From the NCBI GenBank assembly GCA_015680685.1, contig MNCI01001670.1, forward strand, positions 203,637-267,636: a DNA stretch of 64,000 bases. Direction: 5' to 3'. Below are positions 49,845 through 64,000 of this stretch, piece after piece. The position numbers and the translations under genes are program-made. The notes beneath the pieces were generated by a model that saw only the letters and a list, made by a program, of their open reading frames with translations, made no database searches and had not been told where the DNA came from. The number at the start of each line of letters is the position of its first letter. Position 1 is the first letter of the stretch. The stretch is from Gnetum montanum. Taxonomy: Eukaryota; Plantae; Gnetophyta.

Positions 49845-50874
49845 TGTTGATTCAAGTGAGTCATGACTCTTTGAGTTAAGTTAAAGAGTCAAGTCAAGTA
49901 TTAGTATTAAAGTGCATGTAGCAAGAAATATTGTAACCTATAAACTAATATTTGAAATAAGTAATACAACCAAAATGTCATGAGAAAAGAATAATTTCAA
50001 AGATATAATTTTATTATAAGTAATATTTATTAACTATTATGAAGTCTTCATTGAGAACTTTCATAAATATTTTCTAAGTATAAATCGTTTTTCCCCCTTC
50101 CTATGATTCTCTAGTGAGTGTACTTTAACATGGTATCAAAGCAAGAGGAAGGTAGATAAATAGTTAGAAACAAAGAAATCCCAAAGAAAAAAAGAAAGAA
50201 ATATAGAAGGTCTTATCAATTAATTGTAAGGTATGTCCCTAAATAAAGATTAAGACAATAATTTTCCATGATCTCCAGTAAATAATATTGTTAATTCACA
50301 AAAACTTACAATGAAGAATTATTGAATGTGAGAAAAAAGGATGAGAGTGATTCTACGGGTAGGTCAACTTTGACATGTTATGAAAAATACCAATTTTAGA
50401 TTAGATGATGAATAAAAAAGAGAACAAAATGGTATGACACTAAGTATACTTTATACAAGCATATCAAAAGATGTTTCTTGTATGGTTTATGGTATGGAGA
50501 TAGTGACTAGAATATGGAAATATTTATATCAAATATTTAGTCATGTAGAAAAAGAAAGAATAAATTTTATATTCCTTAAATTATGAATGAAAAAAATGAA
50601 ATTAGACCAAAAGCTGAAAAAGTTTATAAAATAAATAAGATCAGTAATCCTAGAATTAGAATGTAGAGGAACAGATGTTTTAGATGAAGAATTGCTAAGT
50701 TGTTTTCTTCAAGCATTATGTGACATCTCATTACCATATGTCAAGGATAAATGATATTTCATCACTGATAACTCAAATAATTCATTTAAAAGATAATAAA
50801 AAATACTTCACTTTAATGAAAAAGAAAAAAAAACAACTTTATTAATGAAGAATATGGTGAAAACAATGTTAAAA
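49845..50874 (+). mobile_element. Copia element H, 5' part: 286-bp LTR, Met PBS, degenerate gag
   Basis: TGTTG(49845)..TTAACA(50130); tggtatcaaagc 50131-50142; KLTMKNY*M*EKRMRVIL..L*HV is a Copia gag N-terminal motif. Confidence 0.75.
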
Positions 50875-53863
50875 TGTGAGCCTTAGGGCTATCTTCCTAT
50901 GACACTTAGGACTATTAGAGGAAATCTCACACTATGACTACATTTACATTATAAGACCAAAGAAATACTTAGTTCCTTCTTATTCGACTTTACCTAGCTC
51001 TTGTTACTTATCATTGTTGGCTTCGTAACTTCATGTCAGCATGACCTTTAGGTTCCTAGTCTAAAATGTCATAGGTAAAATATCTAAAGTGTATCATAAA
51101 TGATTACAACTTCTAATAAAAAGGCATCATTTCATTCAAAGGTTAATTACATTGCTTACATATAATATAATATTACTCTATAATTAGGAACATGATGTTA
51201 CAATCTATCCTTCTTAAGAATCTTGCTCATCCTCAAGCTACTCTTCAATATCCAACTTCTTAGTGGTCATATTTTCCAATTACTTCTCATCCTCAACTCC
51301 ATCATTATTCTGATCAACATAAAACTATTTATGTTAGTTCCTAATATTCATTCACTTTAATAATTAATTTTATTGATGATCATTATGTTTGAAAAGATGA
51401 AGGTAAAGTTTTAGAATGACTCCTATTTTTGCATGTTTCCTAATCACATTTTGACCATTAACTGTGTACTTCCATAATGGCTTTATTTTGAAGTTTCTTC
51501 ATTCTTTGTTCTTTTATGGCTATAAATTTTACTTTAAAACTTATATTAGACCTTAGGAGTAATTTATTCTAATCTAATATTTAGGACATGTCATTTTTAT
51601 GAAACTTATTCAATAGAATAACATGGAAGATAGGATGGATTTATAGGTTCATCAGGAGGTTCATTTAGTAAGAAATTTCACTACTTCGTTCAAAAATTTT
51701 GAAGGGTCCATAGTATCAAGGCATTAATTTGGTATATTTTCCTAATTTTAGGAAACTTCTTGTTAGCTTGACCCTTAATAATACTTGGTCACTAATCTCA
51801 AATTCCCTCTTAAGATGATGCTGGTTAGCATATCCTTTGAATTTATCTTGGATTACTTGCAATTTTAGTTTTACTGTCATCATAATGCTTTCCATAATCT
51901 TTAATTCTTTCCTTTTTCATTCCACTTTCAAGGTATGATCAACACAAGTTAATGGCATTTGATAGTTTTGCTTGTACACAACTTCAAATGGAATCCTATG
52001 AAGTTATCCTTAATAATTATTATTGTAGGTAAATTTTACCAAATGTAAAAAATGTTCCCAAGTCTTGGATTTACTTCCAAACTAACTCCTCAAAATATCT
52101 TTCAAGATTCTATTAACTCATTCAATTTGATCATCCATTTCAGGGTGATAGATTGTGCTAACCTTTAGTTAAGTAATCAATTCCTTAATAAAGTTTCATC
52201 AAAATTTTGAAATGAACTTTAAATCTTGGTCTAATGTTATTGATTTGGGGCATTCATGTAATTAAAACACTTTTTATATAATCTTATAAGATACTTCATC
52301 CATAGAATTGGTAGATTTTAAGGGTATGAAGTAAGCCATTTTTTATAAACAATCAACAACTACCAAGATTGAGTCATTTTCCTTCTTAGTCATTGGTAAT
52401 CCTGCAATGAAGTCCATAGTGACATCTTCTCATTTCCATGTTGGGACTTCTAATAGTTGTAATAGGCCACTAGGTTTGCCTTATTTGGATTTTACTCTTT
52501 GATACACTACCTAATTTTTCATGTATGAGGATATATTATTCTTTATTTTGGAACAAAAATAAAGCTTACATGACATTACCTAAGTCTTGATATAACTAGG
52601 GTGCCTAGCATATGGAATTTCATGTGCTTTACTAGGTAACTTGTGCCTCCAAGCTCCTTCTAGGATACATAATCTTTTATCTTTCATCAAAATTCCTTAT
52701 AAGAAAAAATGGTAATTAATATTAGAGGTTATGCTTGCTATAATCCATTTGAAATAAGGGTATTTCTTTATCTAGTCTTTAATTTCTTCTTTCATAGGTA
52801 TTGTAATAATGTAAATCATTAAATTTTACATCCAGTTGAGGACTTTAGCTACTACATTTTATTTCACAAGAATATAGTTAATCTCAAAATTGTACCACCC
52901 ATATACATTGTCTTGTATTAAAAACTAGTTATCTCTATAGGTATTCTAAACTTTTATGATCAGTTTTTAAACAAATATTTTTCCATTAAGATAATGTTAA
53001 AAATTTTTTAAGTGTGGACAATAACTAATAATTCTAGATCATGAGTTGAATAATTTATCTTGGCTCCTCATAATTTACAAGATTCAAAACATATCACCTT
53101 ATCCTCTTGAGAAAGAATTGCATCAATTTCTACTCCACATGCATTTATAGCTACTTCGAATGGTAGATCTATATAAGAAATCCTCAACATAGGGGTTGTC
53201 ATTAAGAGAATATTTACCCTTATAAATACTTCCCTACACTTTTCATCAAACTTAAATACATGTTTCTCTTCTGAAAGATCAATCAAAGGTGTTATAAAGG
53301 TAGAGTAGCCTTTTATAAACTAGTGATAAAATCTAGGTAGACCTAGAGAACTATGGATTACCATAGCATCCTTGAGTATAGGTAATTCTTTGACTACAAT
53401 TACTTTGGACATATATACTTGCAATCCTTGTTTTAATATAATATGATCAAGGTAAGATACTTGTTACTCAATAATTTGCACTTACTCAATTAGGCTTTTA
53501 GTTGACTTTGTTTTAGAATTTTCATAGTAGTTTTCAAATGATCTTTGTGTTCTTCTCTTATCTTGGAATAAAAAAGCATATAATCCATAAAAACAATGAT
53601 AAATTTATCTAGATATTCTCAAAATATATTATTCATGAAATTCATGTGTTGTGGGTGCATTTTTCAATCTAAATGACATCACTATAAATTTGTGTAGCTC
53701 ATATCTTCTAAATGTAATTTTCTTAGTTTCTATATCCTTAATTCTTATTTGATGGTAGCCTAATTTCAAATCAATTTCATAAAAGTAACATTCTATTATA
53801 AGTTGGTCAAATAGATCATTGATTCTAGGTAAGGGATACATATTCTTACTTATTACTAAGTTT
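50875..53863 (-). mobile_element. Chromovirus element I (Tekay/Reina-like), 3' half: RT-RH-INT-chromodomain, PPT, 328-bp LTR
   Basis: YPLPRINDLFDQL..IDLKLGYHQIRI; PFEVAINAC..ILSQED; WK*EDVTMDFIAGLP; EQRMKKLQNKAIMEV..WS; PPT 51203-51216; LTR 50875-51202 (TGT..ACA). Confidence 0.85.
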
Positions 53864-56800
53864 GTGATTTGTATGGTTGGGGCATAGAGTTACTCTATTA
53901 CTCATCATTGGTACCATTTTTGGGAATAGTGCTAGCATTTTAGATAGCTAGCATCATTCAAATATTTTTGTTAGAGTTTAACATAATTCATTATCTAGAA
54001 ATAATACTATTTTATTGTAAGGCATTGTTATAAATAAAAAATATCTTTTTCTTGTAGGGTAGATTTTCTAGTTGTGGATGATTCAACAAGAATATATAAC
54101 AAAATTGTAAAGATTCAATATGAGATGCCATAGCTAACAAAAATTATCTACAAGCATATGAATCCCTATGATCTAGATTTCACCTTTATTATTCACCAAG
54201 ACAAATAGCTTCAACAGAGAGACTTGCAAGGGAACATCATGTTACTACCTAATCAATAAGTAACATTAATGATTATGACATCATTGATGAAATTGGAACC
54301 TGAAGCAATAGCTTTAAACTATAAAATAGTTGATGAAATCTCTTGGAATTACCAATCCACAAAGCCCTAGCTCTACAAAGACATGTTCATGAAGGCTTGC
54401 TATAGGCTTTCAAAGGAAAGGAGGACTCATATTTACTTAACATTGCATTTATAAAATGAGGAGATTGATTACCAATATAGAAGATTTTAAGACCAAAAAC
54501 CTCCACCCCTTAGTAGAAATGGCATAAATCATCCATGGCTACATTCAATCTTAGTAGAAACCAAGGTAAGGAGGAGAGAATATGACCTTGATCAAGTGGG
54601 ACCTAAAGACTAAGGTCTTTTAGCAAACAACCAAGAGAGCACTAAAGAGATCATAAAAATAGAGCAATCTCATCATAATCTCCTAGTTATTTACCCTCAT
54701 CCTCTTCATTCACATCATTAAGCTTTGATGAAGATGAATGTAGTTAAGATAGTAGGGGAAATGATCGCAAGCAAGATGAATATCATAGAAGAAGGGCATT
54801 GCTATGAATGAAGTCACAACAAGAAATGATAATGAATACATGGTTATGATAGGGATCATGAGGACCTTAATGATTGTGATGAACCATTTCTTCTTATAAG
54901 AAGCATGATAACTATCCAAGTGATAGTTTATATCCCTACTAGGCATTAGAGGAATAGTTGAATTAAATAGTTAAATACAAGAAACATTTTTAAATATGAA
55001 AGAGGCTACAACATAGATTCACAACATCATTTTCAAGTATTTCATAATGTTTTTACCTTATAGAACATTAAAAATAAGTGGAAGAAGCTGAAGCTCTTTA
55101 CAAGGACACTTATCAAATAAGTAGAAAGTTGGCACCAATTCTTGAAGCTAGAATCTATTAGGAGATGGAGTATAATGTTGAAGCTAGTTAATGACAAGTA
55201 TCAAGAATACTTTAAGATTTCCAATTTGAGGAATCAAATCCAAGAATGGAAGCAAGAGAAACATAAATCTATTAATGCAACCTTGGGTAGATAACATTTC
55301 CTACTTCAAAGATGCCTAAATCATGACTTCTCTTAAGGGAACAGTCATGTCATGTCATATATGGATTAGGAATAAAACAAGAAAAACTCTAAAGATCTAT
55401 ACCTAAGGAAAATTATTAGAAATGAAATCTCATTAAATTAAAAAAATTATTTATCAAATGGTAAAAGAAGAAGAAGAACTTGAAAAACAAATACCATAGA
55501 GGAGTATAAGAAGGACCTCTCAATCGGTAAGAAGGAGGTACATCTCTATAAACCTGACTAAGGAGCATCATTGGAAGAGTTAGTATAAAGAAAGATCTTG
55601 CCCATCCAAAAATTTTATTATTTAAATTTCAACTAAGGTTAATAAGATCTGGAACTCCATAAATAAAAATTTTCAAATAACACTTAAGATCTTGAAGAAA
55701 AAAGAAGAGAAAGGAAGAGCTAAGGAAAAAGACCAAAGTAAGAAGAAATATGTAGGTAAGTAATATTATCAATAAATGAGAAAAGAAACTATAGTTAAAA
55801 AGGTTTTAATAATATAAATCTAATAATGATGGTTATGATATTTACCAATACAAATATCCAAAGGGTTGTTGCTTAAATCTGAACTTCATCAAGAGGTAGA
55901 CACCTAGAAGGTTGCCTTATCCTCAAGACAACTAAAGGTAGCCCTATCATTAGTAACAATATTACCCATGTGGGGATCCATCTCAACCTCAAGAATATTA
56001 TTAATAGTAACAAAACTCATAGTCATGGGAGATGTCATCACCAAGACAACAATATTCCTATAGGCAACATAGCCTAAACAAGTATTGTGTTCAACAATTT
56101 CTATCTCCTAGTAGGTCCACTAAACATACCTCTACTTAATATTATTATCTTCTAGAGTACCTCAAGCCTGCTATTCCATGTACTAAATCTCCTTCCACCT
56201 ATGCTTCTCATCTTCTGTAACACTCTTAACCTCACACCCCAAATCCTTTATCACTCACTCTACCAATGTAAGGAGAAATTTCTTCATAGTCTCAATAATG
56301 GAATGCCACTAAAATAATGAACTTACAAGTGAATGGAAACACGAGTGGTTCCAAACAAAAACCTTAGAAATAGTCATTCTTCATGTGCACCAGTTCACCC
56401 AAATATTCACAGAAATTTGTGGCTATAAATTCTACATAAACAACCTTCCTTATAACATTGAAGTCACATTCAAACCAAAGTACTTCAAATGAATAAATTA
56501 TCATGCTTACTCATTTTTTTATAGATTGAATAAAGGTAGGACATCTTTCCAAAAGAAGAACTGATTCTAGTAGTCCCTTGATTTATTTATAGATCTTAGG
56601 AAATACACCATGTAAAGGCTTACTAAAATTGGGTTTTAGAATCAATTTGATCTCTCAATAAATGTACAAGGCATGGAACCTACCACAAATAAAAAAATTT
56701 AACATCAAAATGAATGTTACAAACCAATCCATCACTATTTACTTGGAACTAGTAAAAGCCATTATGACCATCATTAGTGGGTGGCGATACCCTACTAATT

Positions 56801-59800
56801 TCATTGTGATCCATATGAATAGTTATAAGGGAGACTTTTCCATCATCATGGGGAGATCTTGGCTAAGCACAATAGATGCTAAGGTAGATGTTTGAAATCC
56901 ATCCTTGGAAATTTTTAAGGAGAATTATCATGGAATAATAGAGAATAAGATAGTTTAATGCATTGTGTAGAGTGTCATAAGTGCAACTACATGTATAAAA
57001 TATAAGCTACCAAAAGTGGAATTATTATAGCATGTCGATCATGTGTTGAACTAGTGCATGTATAAAGATGCATGTATGCAATAACCATAAATCTAGATGA
57101 CACCTAGTGGTTAACTTTATAAGAGACTTGGAACTCTATAATGTGGATGGAACAAGTAGAAACCCTCACAAGTATCTACATTGACTAGATGAATGAAATG
57201 GAGTATCTAAAACACCAACTCTTCCATATAAATGACTTTTAAGAAGTGGACATGAATTTTGGAGAGCTAGAAATTCTATAAATTTTTAAACTATAGCCTC
57301 TTTTAAGTAAAAACATTACTAACATCACTCGAGTACATATTCCTAAAAAATGGTAAACAAGTAATTATAAATGCCTAGCTTATAAAAGAATAAAATTGAA
57401 AGCTATTAATTATGATGAAAAATGATTAATAGTCTTTATTTTATCGTATAATGAAATAATAGACATCAATATCTACATATTCTAGCAAAGGATCTACACA
57501 GACCCCTACCATCAAGCCTAAAAGATAGCCATAGAAGAGGCTAGATCCCAAACTCAAATAAGTTATCAAAAAGATGGCAAAGAAGCCCCTTAAGGATAGA
57601 TTCATCTAACTTATTATAGTTAGTAAGTGGGTAAACCCAATTTTTATTATACCAAATGAACAAGGGTAATGAAGGATCTACATAAATTTTCAGATATTAA
57701 ACATGGTTACATTCAAAGATTACTTTTCATTGTCATTTGTTGACTAAGTGTTGGATACCATTTTAGGTGATAGGTATTACAGATTTTTGTATGGTTATAG
57801 TGGTTAAAATAAAACCAAAATAACTCTAGAGAGCTAAATTAGGACAACATTCACAATTCAATGGGGGACTTTAGCATATGAGAAGGCATTCTTTGACCTT
57901 TGTAATGCACCTACAACTTTCTAACATCTTATACTTAGCATCTTTTAGTGGGATATTTGACATGATATTAAAGTTTGCATGGATGACTTCTCCTAATTTT
58001 AAGCAAGCATTGGACCATCTAAATTAGGTGTTGAAACAAATCTCAAGATTAATTAGCAAACAAACCATCTCATGGTCCAAGATGACATTGTTCTTAGATA
58101 CCAAATTTCAAGAAAGAAAATAGCGGTAAATATAGAAAAGAAATGGATGATCTAAGGAATAATACAAAGGCCATAATGCAAAATATATTAGATCATTCCC
58201 TGAACACATAGGGTACTATAGAAGAATCATTAACATTTCTCCAAAATTACAAAGCCATTGGTGAAGTTGAAAAAGAAAGATATGTAATTTAAGTGGACCA
58301 AGAAATATGATCAAGTTTTCAAAATTTTGAAGTACGAACTTGTAGAAAATGTAATTTTATAAGCTCCTAAATGATCTAGGTAATTTCGCATCATAATTAA
58401 TGCATCAAACTTTACTTGAGGAGAAATGCTTACATAATTAGATAATTAGAAATGTTTATAGTACATCCATTGTGTAGTTAGAAGTTTTACAAGCACATAG
58501 CTAAAATACACCATAACAGAGAAGTAATTAATCAATATATTATATGCCTTAGAAAAATTTAGGTACTGCATATTTGAATATTCAATCTTTATATATAAAA
58601 ATCACAGTGCAGTACACTTTGTTATGAAAAAACTAGTAGTTAGCCACCATATCATATTATGGTTGATGATTTTGTAAGAGTTTAATTTTACAATGATTAG
58701 AAAAAAGGAATTAAGAATATTATTCCTAATCACTTATATCAATTATGATGAGACAACAAGACTAATGAAGAGTCTCTTTTCGATTAGTTTTCAAATGAGA
58801 TACATTTTGTAAAGATAATAATGGTAAAACAAATGCAACTAAATCATTCTATATAGACTTCCTCTCATATCCACTAATGGGTTAGGTCCCTACTAAATAG
58901 GACAAGAAGAAAAATAAAAACTTCCTTTAGTAAGTCAAGCACTACATGGAAATAGAAGATAACCTCTATAAAATCTACATTGATGATCTAGTGCAATGGT
59001 GTATATGTGATAACAATGAACTTAAAATTTTTGAATATGCATATGAAAGGCATTGCAGAGAGCACTATGTAAGAAGAAGAATGACTATTAAAATCCTCAT
59101 GATAGGAGTTTTTTATCCTTTAATCTTTAGGGATGCACATCTCTTTTCCAACTCCTATAAGTAATGTTAATGAGATTGTGGAATGACTACTAGGTTAGAG
59201 GATCTACAATAATGGATCTAACCATTGGAATCCTTTGATATTTACAAAATTAATTTCATAAGTCCCATCATACACATGTCAAATGGGAAAATCTACGTCA
59301 TAGTTACAATGGAATATTGTACTAAATGAACAAAGGTTCAAATAGTAATAGATTGTACATCCATGACCATAACCAAATTTTTTAACAAAATATGGTAACT
59401 AAGTTTGGTGTGGCTAGGGAACTTATTTTTGGTAATGAAACTCATTTTACATGCACTATTTAAAGAAACTTATGAGATGCTTAGTAGTGCAACATTAGTT
59501 GAAAACACCCTATTACGCTCAAGCAAATGGTTAAGCTAAGGTAATGAATAGGAAGATCACACAAATCCTCACTAGGACCATTACTAGATATAGGAGATAT
59601 TTGAGCATAAAACTCAATGAGTCTTTATGGGCCCACCTCTTCACTTGAAAAATCCCTATAGGCTACTTTCCCTATGAGTTAGTGTATGGTAAGCTACCAA
59701 GAGTTTACATTTAAGTAGAGTTATGCATACTCAACATAGCCTATGAGCTTGATCACAACATTAGTCTAGCATAAAAAAACACCTCATAACTCTCACATTA

Positions 59801-60403
59801 CTAGATGAAAATAGCAAAGTAGCCCTTATGATGAATGAACTGCATAAGGCATATACCAAATAACATTATGATGCTAGGATATGATAAGTGGACATTCAAC
59901 TAAGAGAGAAGATTCGTTACTAGAACTCCATATATGTACCCTAATAAAAAAATTCTAAACATTTTTGAAAGAACCCTACCTTATTCTTTCTACTTTCCAT
60001 TCAAGAGACATGAAAATCTAGCATCCTAATTGCTAATATAAGCTAATTTTGGTCAACATAATAGGTCAAATCATTTAAGGATTTCTAGATAGCTAAAAAC
60101 TCTATTTTGATTTTTCATTTGCATTAATAAGTATTTTTGTTTATGTATAGGTCAAATTTGTTAATTAGATAGTATCCTATGCTATCATGATAATTAGAAA
60201 AGTAATAATATAAAGTAGTGAAACCATACCATTCATTCCTCTAAATTTTATTTATCTTCATCATGAAAGTAATATGGTTTTTATCACATCAAAACTAAAA
60301 TTAACTTATGATATTTATTCCTTGAGAAAAGAAGGATGGATCAAGGGGAAATGAAAAAGGATGTGACATCAAGGGTACTTGCTATATCTTTGTACTTTCT
60401 CTC
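53864..60403 (+). mobile_element. Athila element F, heavily decayed, 5' LTR truncated to ~44 nt
   Basis: LTR end ..ctcatca at 53907, PBS ttggtaccatttttggga. gag-pol ~54120-60080 is colinear with E (GDFSIIMGRSWL, GYSG, HCREHY). Confidence 0.88.
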
Positions 60404-63400
60404 TAATGAGTTGCGTTTTGGGCGATCGCGATATCGCGTACGCGATATCGTAGCCCAACCCGCGATATGGCATACACGATATCGTGGCCTATCTCCTCAT
60501 CTATAAATAAGAGGTATACAGATGAGTTAGAAATCATTAGATCATTAGGACGTAAGTTAGTTTTAGTTTAAGTGTTTTTCATTTCTTTCTCTCTCCCTTT
60601 TCCTCTTGTGTATGCCCTTAGTGTGATGATTGTAATTGTACGACATCCTTTATTAGAGTGTGATGTACTTGGACATGCACATGACCAGCAATAAAGATCA
60701 AGATTGCTTCATCATTGCAGCATTCACTTAGATTAATCATTTAATTAATTGTTATTTACTTCTTTCCTAGTTAACCTCTCTCACCCTTAAACTCATGTTA
60801 AAACGTAGAATGAGTACTACTTGATTATGAGCATTTAAGTGTGACTACTTGGTAACCCTATAGCGTACCTAGGATCTACGCTTGGTAATCCCAGTGGTAG
60901 TCATGCATGAAGTCCAAGATGTGTACGGATAATCAAGGAACGGATGCTCATTGTACTTAGGCTAGATTAGATTCTCTCTCACCCTTCTCTTTTAGCTTAG
61001 TTAATATTATCTTCCATTTCATTCAGGAGTAGCGTTAGATTAGAAAACACATCATACACCTCACTCTAGATTAAACCATACATGACAAAGCTAATACTAG
61101 TCTAGGTGGGAAGACAACGAACTACGACCTAAGGCTAACTTTCTAGATGCCACAACTAGTCCATCTATGGAGTTCAACCGGATCGTGCTTGTAATGCTCA
61201 TATTTGTATGGTTGACTGTAGGGGTACCTCGCCACTCATCATTAGCATCGTTTCCGTGGACGGTGCTAGTTATCTAGATTAGTTATATCATACAAGGTCC
61301 CTGTAAAGCACTTAATGATATATCTTTTAAGAAGAAATAATTATTAAAATTCACACGTAAATTCACACAAGTTCACAACCATGCCTCTCCTACAAGACTA
61401 TAATAATACCACACCTAGTGAGTAAGTTCATTGGAGAACCAATGAATTATATGACAATGAAGATTGGAGTACACAACCTAAAGTGGGGGTTTATTATAAA
61501 CATGAATGAAAGAAATGTCATCCCAACGCATGAAAGCATAACTTACCTACTGACGATGAACCCCCACTAGCCACTACAAGCTTAACGTAAATACAAGAGT
61601 CTATTCGAATCTCTCATAGGCATCGTAAATAGAGCCGCCTACCTAGGCTCAATTTAAACAACTTCCCTACTTTCTTAGGAGGTTATGACTTAGATTTGCA
61701 TCAACATTTACAAGCCTTTTATGATGCTTGCACATGGAACAACATTGATAATGGTTGGAAAAAACTTAAGCTCTTTCCTATGACACTCGTTGGCCAAGAA
61801 GAAGTATGGTATAGATCGTTAAAACCAAATTCAATACGACGTTGGTCAACAATGGTAGAACTCTTTAACGAAAGATATCAAACCTATGCAAGAGTGTCGG
61901 CCTTGAGAAAACAAGTCCAAGAGTGGAAACAAGCACAACATGAACCCTTGGACATGGCCTTAGAAAGATATTATGCACTATTAAACAACTAGCCATGCCA
62001 TGGGTTTTCTGAGGAAAGGCTAATGTACCATATCATTGATGGGCTACATAATGAAACAAGAGAGACCTTAGGAATGTGTGCCCAAGGTCAACTATACGAA
62101 CTACGAACCCATCAAGTCCAAGAGCTTACTAAGTGAGAAGCAAAAGAAGAAGGAGAATTGGCTAGATGGGAGAGTGTTGAAAAACATTAACAGTACCAAA
62201 ATATCAACTTAACAAAGGTCCATGATCATAAAAAGAAGAAATCAACCTATCACAAGAAGAAAGAATCATCTTTGCCAATACAACAATCACTAGAAGAAGT
62301 TGAGGCAAAGATCAATAAGATGTTGGAATGGACGTATAAAAAGTGTGGAGAATTTATTAATATCATTGGAGATAGAGTCTTGACAACCCAAGAAACAAGA
62401 CAAAATAGTAGATAGTCGAAAATAAGGAATAAGGAAAATAAGAGCTCAATTTCCAATCATACGTATGAATGCAACATATGCCTGTACGATCACCCCAAGG
62501 GCCAATGCCCAATCTTGTTACATTTACATGAGCATTGGGGAAACACGTTACACCCAAAGTTTGCATAGAGATAATGTGTTTGATCACAATGGCAACAATC
62601 CTAGTCGTGGGGGAGACCACCACTAAACTGGAGACACCCTTCATATCATCTGAACCCAAACACTTATCTTTTTCAACATCCTGTTTCTCCAACTAGGCCA
62701 ACATACTCTATCTCGCCATATTACCATTCTCCTCAATACTATCAGCCCATGCCTTCAACACAACCACTGCCTTGTGTATCCTACACTGCTTCTCAATTTC
62801 AAAATTCTCATTTTTTCCCTCATTATACATTGCCACCAATTGTTCATAAGGTGTCTGCACCACAACAACAACCCACGAACATTACTTGTGCTACTATTTC
62901 CAATAGCAGTGAAAGATCTTGGCAACATCGAAGGCTTCCCTTCTTTAGAAATGATCCCAAGAAGGGACAACACAATTTGGAGGCCATTGCATCCTCCAAA
63001 TCAACACAAGTCCAAACCTGTGGTGCACCCTTATCTTCGAACCCAATGCCTCATGTAACTCCATCAGGGCCACCAACTCACACTCCAACAACCACACAGC
63101 CCAATGAACACAAGAATGGATAGCGACAACCCGATCCTTGCATACCATATAATGGTCCCAAATATCATAGTGGGTCAACTCATTATCTGGGAACTACATC
63201 ATATAAATTGCCTCACTATGCTTATTATAATTAAGTGTGTGAACCCTGATGGGGTAAATATGACCAAGCCTGAATATTTCCAACATGCAAGGATCTTCAT
63301 CCTCCATTTATTAATCCTTGCCATCCTCAACCGTTTAGTTATGGGGGATATCCCCCATTCTAATAATAAGAAAGATTAATAACCACTTTTTATTTTCTTT

Positions 63401-64000
63401 AATTTTACAACTTTTTGTTTTCCAGTTTATCATTTTTCAATTTCTTATTTTATCTTTTTGTCTTTTTGTCTTTTTACATTTTTACAAGTAATCTTGTCTA
63501 TGAATAAAACACTCATGTGAATCATTGGTTGAGGTGTGTTCTATGTTATCGAGTCACGAGTGGTTAATTATTTGGACAGTGAGCCCATTGCACCCACTCA
63601 TCCACTCTACAAATAAGAGGTTCTGTTCGAGGGTACAGTGATATTCTTGACATTCTTAAAACTTAAAATTAATTTTGTGTTCATTGTACCCAGAATGAAG
63701 AAGGATGGACCAAGAGGGAATGGTTAGGCTGTGACATCAAGGGGACTTAAGGATTCTCTTTGGTGACGTCTGTGAGAGTTATCATGCAACGTGGTTGTAG
63801 TAAGATCCTTGTAGATATAATGAAAAATGGGAGTAAGAGTAATCAAAAGGGCACTCAAAAATCCCATGTTGTTCTAGGGGGTCCCATTGGAAAGACATCC
63901 ACCCATGCCCGAAGGTTGGTGGCTTCTCTGGATTCAGTAGTCAAGAAAAAAATTACCACAAAACAAAAATCACTCCTCCCTTAAATAAAACACCAAGTGA
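60404..64000 (+). mobile_element. Athila-family element G, gag-only (non-autonomous), inserted in the 3' region of F; runs off the window
   Basis: LTR 60404-61241, PBS ttagcatcgtttccgtgga 61242-61260. gag is followed directly by the T-rich 3' region and the conserved 3' motifs, with no pol motif. Confidence 0.85.
61381..63234 (+). pseudogene. gag: Element G gag with Pro/Gln-rich tail
   Basis: HLQAFYDAC..WKKLKLFPMTL..WYRSLKPNSIRRW; ECNICLYDHPQGQCP; several in-frame stops. Confidence 0.88.

Noticed and set aside
62250-63178. Several overlapping minus-strand ORFs
   Set aside because: Antisense shadows of the Pro/Gln-rich gag tail of element G.

Overview
An AT-rich, strongly CpG-depleted plant nuclear region, possibly from a large heavily methylated genome such as a gymnosperm (inference). 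It consists almost entirely of decayed LTR retrotransposons, and no intact protein gene is present. The core (~6.0-45.1 kb) is a five-level nested stack: Copia A > CRM-type Gypsy B > Athila C > SIRE-type Copia D > Athila E. Each inner element has paired LTRs, PBS, PPT and a 4/5-matching 5-bp TSD. Left of the stack lie a Tat-type LTR, nested Athila pieces and a CpG-retaining island holding a DRB2/3/5-like dsRNA-binding-protein pseudogene. Right of it lie an Au-like tRNA-derived SINE with TSD, a solo LTR and a second nest (Copia H > chromovirus I > Athila F > gag-only Athila G). Most notable: palindromic GACGTC/GATATC arrays in the U3 of unrelated LTR families, a Cys-rich module between protease and RT in two Athila copies, a ~3-kb extra ORF in Athila C, conserved 3' non-coding motifs and hairpin arrays, and the DRB pseudogene. 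Element letters are my labels. Boundaries were read by eye and may be off by a few nt.
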